NCBI GenBank assembly: GCA_963804645.1
Contig: CAWDRG010000004.1
Span: 1-64,000 of the forward strand
DNA length: 64,000 bases
Direction of reading: 5' to 3'
Origin: an uncultured Bacillota bacterium
Lineage (GTDB): Bacteria; Sysuimicrobiota; Sysuimicrobiia; Sysuimicrobiales; Segetimicrobiaceae
This document shows, one piece after another, positions 58,167-64,000 of this stretch. The position numbers were made by a program, and so were the translations under genes. Position 1 is the stretch's first letter. Each line of letters begins with the position of its first letter. A model generated the notes under the pieces. That model was given only the letters and a program-made list of their open reading frames with translations, did not search any database and was not told where the DNA came from.

Positions 58167-59257
58167 ATGGATATCACCGAGCTGCTGATCATCACGAAGG
58201 AGCGGGACGCGTCCGATCTGCATCTCGCCGTGGGCTCACCGCCGATGCTGCGGGTCAACGGGCGGCTGCAGCGTGTGGACTCGACCGAGGCGCTGACGCC
58301 CGGCGAGGTCCACCGCATGCTGTACGACGTCTTGACGGACGATCAGAAGGCGCAGGTTCGAGGAACGCCACGACCTCGACCTGTCGCTGGAACTCCAGGA
58401 TGTCGCCCGGTTCCGCGTCAACGTCTACAACGATCGATTGGGCGAAGCGGCGGCGTTCCGGCTCATCCCGTCGAAGATTCGGAGCCTCGAGGACCTCGGG
58501 ATGCCGGCGGTGCTCCGGCAGATGGCCGGCAAGGACCGGGGCCTGCTGCTCGTCACCGGGCCCACGGGATCCGGCAAGTCCACCACGCTGGCCGCGATGG
58601 TCGACCTCATCAACACGACGCGCACCGACCACATCATCACCCTCGAAGACCCGATCGAGTTCGTCCACCAGCACAAGCGGTGCATCATCAACCAGCGGGA
58701 GATCGGGCCCCACTGCCGTTCGTTCGAGGCCGGGCTCGTCAACGCGCTGCGCGAGGATCCCGACGTCATTCTCGTCGGCGAAATGCGGGATCTCGAGACG
58801 ATCCAGATGACGCTCACCGCGGCCGAGACCGGTCACCTCGTGCTGGCGACGCTGCACACGAACAGCGCGGCCCAGACGGTGAACCGGATCATCGACGTGT
58901 TCCCGACGCACCAGCAGAACCAGATCCGGGTCCAGCTCAGCGAGGTGCTGCTCGGCGTGCTGGCGCAGTCGCTGGTGGCGCGGCTGGACGACCGCGGGCG
59001 CGTCGCCGCGGTGGAGATGATGATCTGCAATCCCGCGATCCGCAACCTGATCCGCGAGAGCAAGACGTTCCAGATCACGAACGTCATCGACACCGGCGTG
59101 CGAGAGGGTATGGTCAGCCTGGACCACTCGATCAAGGATCTGGTCCGGCGCGGCCTGATCGATCCCGAGTACGGGATGGAGCGGGCGAACGACAAGGAAG
59201 CGTTCCAGCCGACGCCGTCCGGCCAGGTCCAGTCTGGGGCAGGGGCAGCGACGATGA
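58167..59257 (+). CDS. pilT: Type IV pilus retraction ATPase PilT (frameshift at about 58356; 3' end uncertain)
   Basis: ASDLHL..GSPPMLRVNG; RFRVNVY; GPTGSGKSTT; EDPIE; ALREDPD; AETGHL; TLHT. Confidence 0.85.
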
Positions 59258-60361
59258 GCGAGCCGCGCGCTGTGTACGGGCTCGGCGATCTCCTTCGGGC
59301 GATGAAGGAGTCCGATGCGTCAGACATCTATGTCAAGGTCGGGACCGCGCCCACTGCTCCGGATCGCGAACGAGGCGCAGCCCTCTGAGTTCGCCCCGCC
59401 GACACGTGAGGGGGTCGAGGCGATCGTCGCGCCGATCCTGACGGACGTCCATCGGGAGGCGCTGCGCACGATCGGGCACGCGGACCTCGCGTACTCCGAG
59501 ACCAACCTCGGGCGGTTTCGCATCAACGTCTACCAGCAGCGCGGGACCACCGCGCTCGTCGTTCGGCGGGTCCGGTCCGAGATCCCGTCGTTCGAGAAGC
59601 TCAATCTGCCGCCGGTCGTCGGAGAGTTCGCGCTCGCACCCCGCGGGCTGGTGCTGGTGACCGGTCCAGCGGCGGCCGGGAAGTCGACGACGCTCGCGGC
59701 GATGGTCGACTACCGGAATCGCAACCGGCCCGGCCACATCATTACGATCGAGGATCCGATCGAGTATCTCCACACCGATCACATGAGCGCCGTCAGCCAG
59801 CGCGAGGTCGGCACCGATGCCGAGTCGTTCGCGGCCGCGCTGCGCGGCGCGCCGCGGCAGGCGCCCGACGTGCTCGTCATCGGCGAGATGCGCGATTCCG
59901 CCAGCGCGACCGCCGCGGTGTACTTCGCCGAAACCGGGCACCTGCTGCTGAGTACGCTGCACGCGGTCAACGCCAGCCAGGCGCTCGACCGCGTCCTGCA
60001 CATGCTTCCCGGCGACGGCGAGTCGGACATGCAGTCCCAGCGGATGGCGACGATCCTCGTCGGCATCATCTCGCAGCGCCTGGTGCCCCGGGCCGATGGG
60101 ACGGGCGTCGTGCCGGCGGTGGAGGTGCTGCGCGCAACCCCGCGGGTGCGCGAGTTGATCCGCCGCGGCGAGCTCATGCAGCTGCGCCAGACGATGACGG
60201 AGGCGCACGACACGGGGATGCAGACGTTTGATGATGCGCTGTACGGACTGTTCCAGCGCGGGATGATCACGGCGGAAACCTGCCTGGACGCAGCGGAGAG
60301 CCCGAGCGACGTGCGCATGCGCATGCGCGCATTTTCGCCGGTGGGGCGGTCGGCGGGGTAA
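59254..60361 (+). CDS. Second PilT/PilU family ATPase (frameshift at about 59352)
   Basis: ASDIYVKVG; GRFRINVY; GPAAAGKSTT; EDPIE; RQAPDV; GMQTFD. Confidence 0.82.
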
Positions 60362-60396
60362 TCGATCGCACGGCCGTACGAGGGGGGAGAGGACCG

Positions 60397-61230
60397 ATGG
60401 CACGGGGGGAGCACGCGCAGGTGAAGATCCAGAGCGAGGGGATGCCGGCGCCGGAGCCGGCGGAAGGGTCCGAGCCAGATCAGCTGGCTCGATTTCGGGA
60501 GTACCGCCGCACGGGCGAGCGGCGCCTGCAGCAGGAGTTGATCTGCCACTACCTGCCGCTGGTGTCGAAGATCGCCCGCCGGTACGTCCGGCCGGGGGCG
60601 GCGCTCGAAGATCTCTCGCAGATCGGGACGATCGGATTGATCAACGCGGTGAAGACGTTCGATCCCGAGCGCGGGGTGAAGTTCGAGACGTACGCGTTCC
60701 ATCACGTCGCCGGCGAGATCCGGCATTTCCTGCGGGACGGGCTCGAGCCGGTGCGGCGGCCGCGGTGGGTCCGCAAGCGGTACGGCGATCTCGCGGCGGT
60801 CGTCGCGCGGTCGCAGCAGGAGCTGGGCCGGACGCCGACGCTCGCGGAGATCGCGGTGCGGATGAACATGACCGAGGACGGCGTCGCGGAGATCCTGCAG
60901 GCGTACCACCAGGGACGCGTGCGGTCGATCAACGAGCTGCCCGAGGACCAGGAACTCCGGCACGACGTGGCGGTCCGGGAGCCGCACGGCTCCTGGCAGA
61001 CGCTGGTCGAGGACCGGATCGTGCTGCTGCAGGCGATGGACAGCCTCGCCGCGCTCCAGCGGCAGGTCGTGTACTACCTGTACTATCAAGGATTGACGCA
61101 GAGCGAAGTGGCGGTACGCCTCGGGGTGTCCCAGCGGCACGTGTCGCGCCTGCTGGCATCCGCGCTGCGGCGCCTCGCAGGGCCGCTGCGGGCCGCGGAT
61201 CTCGATGCGCGGTCGGTGACCGCGTCCTAG
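60397..61230 (+). CDS. SigB/SigF/SigG-family alternative sigma factor
   Basis: EDLSQIGTIGLINAV..FDPERG.KF.TYA...GEIRHFLRD, TQSEVA..LGVSQ.HVSR. Confidence 0.88.
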   Translation: MARGEHAQVKIQSEGMPAPEPAEGSEPDQLARFREYRRTGERRLQQELICHYLPLVSKIARRYVRPGAALEDLSQIGTIGLINAVKTFDPERGVKFETYAFHHVAGEIRHFLRDGLEPVRRPRWVRKRYGDLAAVVARSQQELGRTPTLAEIAVRMNMTEDGVAEILQAYHQGRVRSINELPEDQELRHDVAVREPHGSWQTLVEDRIVLLQAMDSLAALQRQVVYYLYYQGLTQSEVAVRLGVSQRHVSRLLASALRRLAGPLRAADLDARSVTAS

Positions 61231-61349
61231 CCCGCCGGAGTCGCGCGGGCGCCGGCGTGGTTACGGCTGGCGCCCGCGTTGCGTTTCCGGCGGGGGGTCT
61301 GACTGCTTACGATCGGGCCGCCGTGCGCCCCGGCGCAGCACGCGTACGG

Positions 61350-62444
61350 CTAGGCGCCCGGTGCGGCCCCCCAGGCCGTGCGCAGAAACCCCAGCCAATT
61401 GCCGTGCATGATCTCCGCGATATCCCGGGGCGGGTAGCCGCGGTCCTCCAGCAGGCCGACGATATGCTGGAGATCGGCGATCGTGTCCAGGTCATGCGGG
61501 GTCCCCTCACGCCCGAATCCCCCATCCAAGTCGGTGCCGATCGCCGCATGGCGGCAGCTTCCGGCCACCTGGCAGACGTGATCGATGTGCCGGACGACGT
61601 CGCGCAGCGTGATGTGGTCGTTGGGATCGCCGTGACGCCATCCGGGGACGATCATCCAGCAGTCGAGCGCCGCCCCGATGACGCCGCCGCGTTCGACGAT
61701 GGCGCGGATCTGGTCGTCGGAGAACTGGCGCTGATGCGGCGCTAGGGTCCGGCAGTTATTGTGGCTCGCTATGACGGGTCCGTCCCAGCGCGAGAGCGTC
61801 TCCCAGAACGCCTGATCGGACGAGTGCGTCAGGTCGACGATCACGCCGAGCCGGCGCATCTCGCCGAGCAGCGCGACGCCGAGGTCCGTGAGCCCGGTCT
61901 CGGTGCCGGTGCCGCCCGCGTAGCGCCCGGGCCCGTAGTGCGTCAACCCGATCAGCCGTAGCCCGGCGCTGTACCACGCCCCAAGTTCGGCAGGCTCGAC
62001 GATGGGGTCCGCGCTCTCCATGCTGATGACGAATCCCAGCGGCGGCGAGTCGGTCCAGTCCGCGGCCGCGTGCGCGCCGTCCCACGCTTCCCAGTCGCGC
62101 ACGTGCGCGTCCAGGGCGGGGGTGTCCGAGAGGATCCGGACGTGCCCCTGCCGCTCCAGGGCCCGGTAGTACGCGAGCTGGCCCTGCGCCGCGCCGTGCG
62201 CCTGTGCCGGCGTGGCATAATCGATGTGCGGCACCGGGCGGCCGGTGGAGCGCCCGATCAAGGTCGCGAAACTGACGGCGACGCGTCCGCGCCGCATCTC
62301 GGGGTAGGCGACCGTGCCGCGCCCCCGCCCCTTGCCGGGCGTATAATTCTCCTGCGTCCGGATCGTGTACACCGATGCGAGCAGGTCGCGGTTCCACTGC
62401 AGGGCGTTCATGGACAGATCCAAGTGCGCGTCGACGATCAGCAC
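61350..62444 (-). CDS. Membrane dipeptidase family (peptidase M19)
   Basis: DAHLD, MESAD, DLTH, ASH.N, IGTDLDG. Confidence 0.88.
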   Translation of the reverse strand: MLIVDAHLDLSMNALQWNRDLLASVYTIRTQENYTPGKGRGRGTVAYPEMRRGRVAVSFATLIGRSTGRPVPHIDYATPAQAHGAAQGQLAYYRALERQGHVRILSDTPALDAHVRDWEAWDGAHAAADWTDSPPLGFVISMESADPIVEPAELGAWYSAGLRLIGLTHYGPGRYAGGTGTETGLTDLGVALLGEMRRLGVIVDLTHSSDQAFWETLSRWDGPVIASHNNCRTLAPHQRQFSDDQIRAIVERGGVIGAALDCWMIVPGWRHGDPNDHITLRDVVRHIDHVCQVAGSCRHAAIGTDLDGGFGREGTPHDLDTIADLQHIVGLLEDRGYPPRDIAEIMHGNWLGFLRTAWGAAPGA

Positions 62445-62614
62445 CGTAGGTCTCCTCTCAGCACCGTGTGGTCAAGCACCCGGGCGTGGCAGTTCGGCGG
62501 ACTGGCGTCGAGGTCGCCCGGCTTCTTCCCGTCGAGGCTAGCTCATCCCTGGCGCCGGCGTGCGGCGCCGCGGGAGCGGCTTAGAGCGGGCATCGCCGCT
62601 CCGACGCGTACCAC

Positions 62615-62706
62615 GGGTTCATACTCGATCACGGTGCTCGATCCGCCAGGGAACCAGACTCTCCCCCTCGGCATCAACGATGCCGGGAACATCGTCGGGA
62701 AATTCT
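62615..62706 (+). pseudogene. Fragment of an extracellular HAF-type repeat protein
   Basis: YSITVLDPPGNQTLPLGINDAGNIVGKF with no credible start or continuation. Confidence 0.4.
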
Positions 62707-62788
62707 GCGCAAAAGCCGACCCGAATAGGGGGGTTAGGCCAACTTTCCTTGCCGGAGTGAAATGGCCATTCCATTGTTTATGCAAAAC

Positions 62789-63550
62789 TCAATAACGACG
62801 GACAAGCCCGCGGAGAGAATCGCGCACGCGTTTGAGCGGCGCGAGCCCTCCATCGCCCAGGTACTGCCTCGCGTAACTTGTCGCGAGGTCCCCCCACTGG
62901 TCGCGCTTGAGCGGAAGGATCGCCCGTGCGTAGCGCTCGAGGTAGGCCTCGTCCACCAACACGCAGAGCGCCATCGGCGCGTCGATCCGGATGAGGTGCA
63001 GGTTCATGCCGACCGCGTGCTCCCACTCTTCCACCGCGCGCTTGCCGTGCTCTCGAACGCTCTGGTGCCGGTGGTCCGTGGGTGGGATGAGATCGTCGAA
63101 CATCAGCACCGTGCCCACCCGGACGTGCGGGGTCAGGAGGCGGAGGGCGTCACGGAATCCTTCATAGAGATCGCAATCGATGACGGCAAACCGCACCTGT
63201 TCGATCCCGTACTCCCGGAGGGGCGCGAGCTCGCCAAACATGCCCTTGATCAACCTCGCCGACACTCCGTGCGCGCGCAGGCGGTCCTGCACCAGCTCCA
63301 CGCTGGTGTCCGAGCACACACCTTCGGCCCAGCCCTGCCGGAGGATCGACCTCAACGGGACCTCGGTCGGCGGCATCCCGGTGAACGAGTCGAACCCGTA
63401 CATGAGGGGGGGCGGTGCAAGATACCGCCGCGCGAGACGGGCCATCGTGAGCAGCCCGTCTCCTCGGTACACTCCGAACTCGACGAGGCAGCCGTCGATC
63501 GGAGCCGCGGCCATCAGTTTGAATGCCCGGTGTGCCAGTCTCCCGTACAC
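62789..63550 (-). CDS. TylF/MycF/NovP-family O-methyltransferase
   Basis: VEFGVYRG, YGFDSFTGMP, IKGMF, IDCDLYE, FDD; GGAGG RBS. Confidence 0.85.
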   Translation of the reverse strand: MYGRLAHRAFKLMAAAPIDGCLVEFGVYRGDGLLTMARLARRYLAPPPLMYGFDSFTGMPPTEVPLRSILRQGWAEGVCSDTSVELVQDRLRAHGVSARLIKGMFGELAPLREYGIEQVRFAVIDCDLYEGFRDALRLLTPHVRVGTVLMFDDLIPPTDHRHQSVREHGKRAVEEWEHAVGMNLHLIRIDAPMALCVLVDEAYLERYARAILPLKRDQWGDLATSYARQYLGDGGLAPLKRVRDSLRGLVRRY

Positions 63551-64000
63551 GCGGTGGCCTCCGTGGCGCCCGACACCTCTTGGGCGGATTTTCCATTATC
63601 TGTGCTGGGACACCTTCTGTTGAAGCAATCCAACTGGCTCTTCGGGGACGAGTGTGACCGACGGCCCCATGAAAGGCGGTTCGGGCCCGTCTGAAACCCC
63701 CAACCCCGGACATGGTCGCGCTGGCCACTGATTTCTCAGACACGTCCCCCTCGGCCTCCTTCCCGCCCTCGTTGGCCGCCACGATCGCCGGCTGCTATCC
63801 CGCGGGTCCGGAACAGCGCCGTCAGCCGCACGATCCCCCCGAGCATCCGCCGTGTCAGGTGCCTTTCCGCGGGGTTCTCAGTCCGTAGCCACACAGGAAA
63901 TCCGGGTAGAGGGGCCCTGGGAGGCCGTGGGGGGCCGAAGGGGGCTGGAGGTACGTATTATTCAAGTAGACAGTATGTTATACTCGTCGGGGTTACTGTA

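Overview
High-GC bacterial chromosome segment. The organism is probably diderm (cytochrome-porin, PEP-CTERM, RseB-like genes) yet has a Firmicutes-like housekeeping gene order. An Armatimonadota/CSP1-3-like lineage is my inference, not shown. The main feature is a co-oriented respiratory locus at about 3.0-18.9 kb. It encodes a Cyc2-type cytochrome-porin, a repeat beta-rich exported protein, mono- and di-heme cytochromes c, a variant System I heme maturation set (CcmC, D, E with CPxKY, F, I-like), a Rieske protein and two different cytochromes b. The first keeps only the heme bL histidines. The second has all four His, is fused to a 2x[4Fe-4S] ferredoxin and is followed by an MvhD-like [2Fe-2S] protein. 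Small membrane proteins and a polyprenyl synthase complete the locus. Together this suggests an extracellular-electron/Fe(II)-linked heterodimeric Rieske/cyt b complex wired to cytoplasmic Fe-S carriers (hypothesis). Next come an ANTAR two-component pair, tatA, radC-mreBCD-mrdA-rodA-rng-rplU-rpmA-obgE-nadD-rsfS and tRNA-Ala(GGC). The tRNA carries a 3.65-kb decayed integrative island (55-bp att repeat, internally deleted integrase, PEP-CTERM cargo). The rest holds tandem His/Cys secreted paralogs, a GAF-degenerate GGDEF-SPOR protein, leuS, an ECF sigma/anti-sigma/RseB operon, polyamine genes, rpsU, alaS-ruvX, a c-di-GMP-I riboswitch (apparent U at the C92 position) upstream of pilT-pilU-sigB-like genes, a dipeptidase and a TylF-family methyltransferase. 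Several single-base frameshifts look like sequencing errors. No CRISPR or rRNA was seen.
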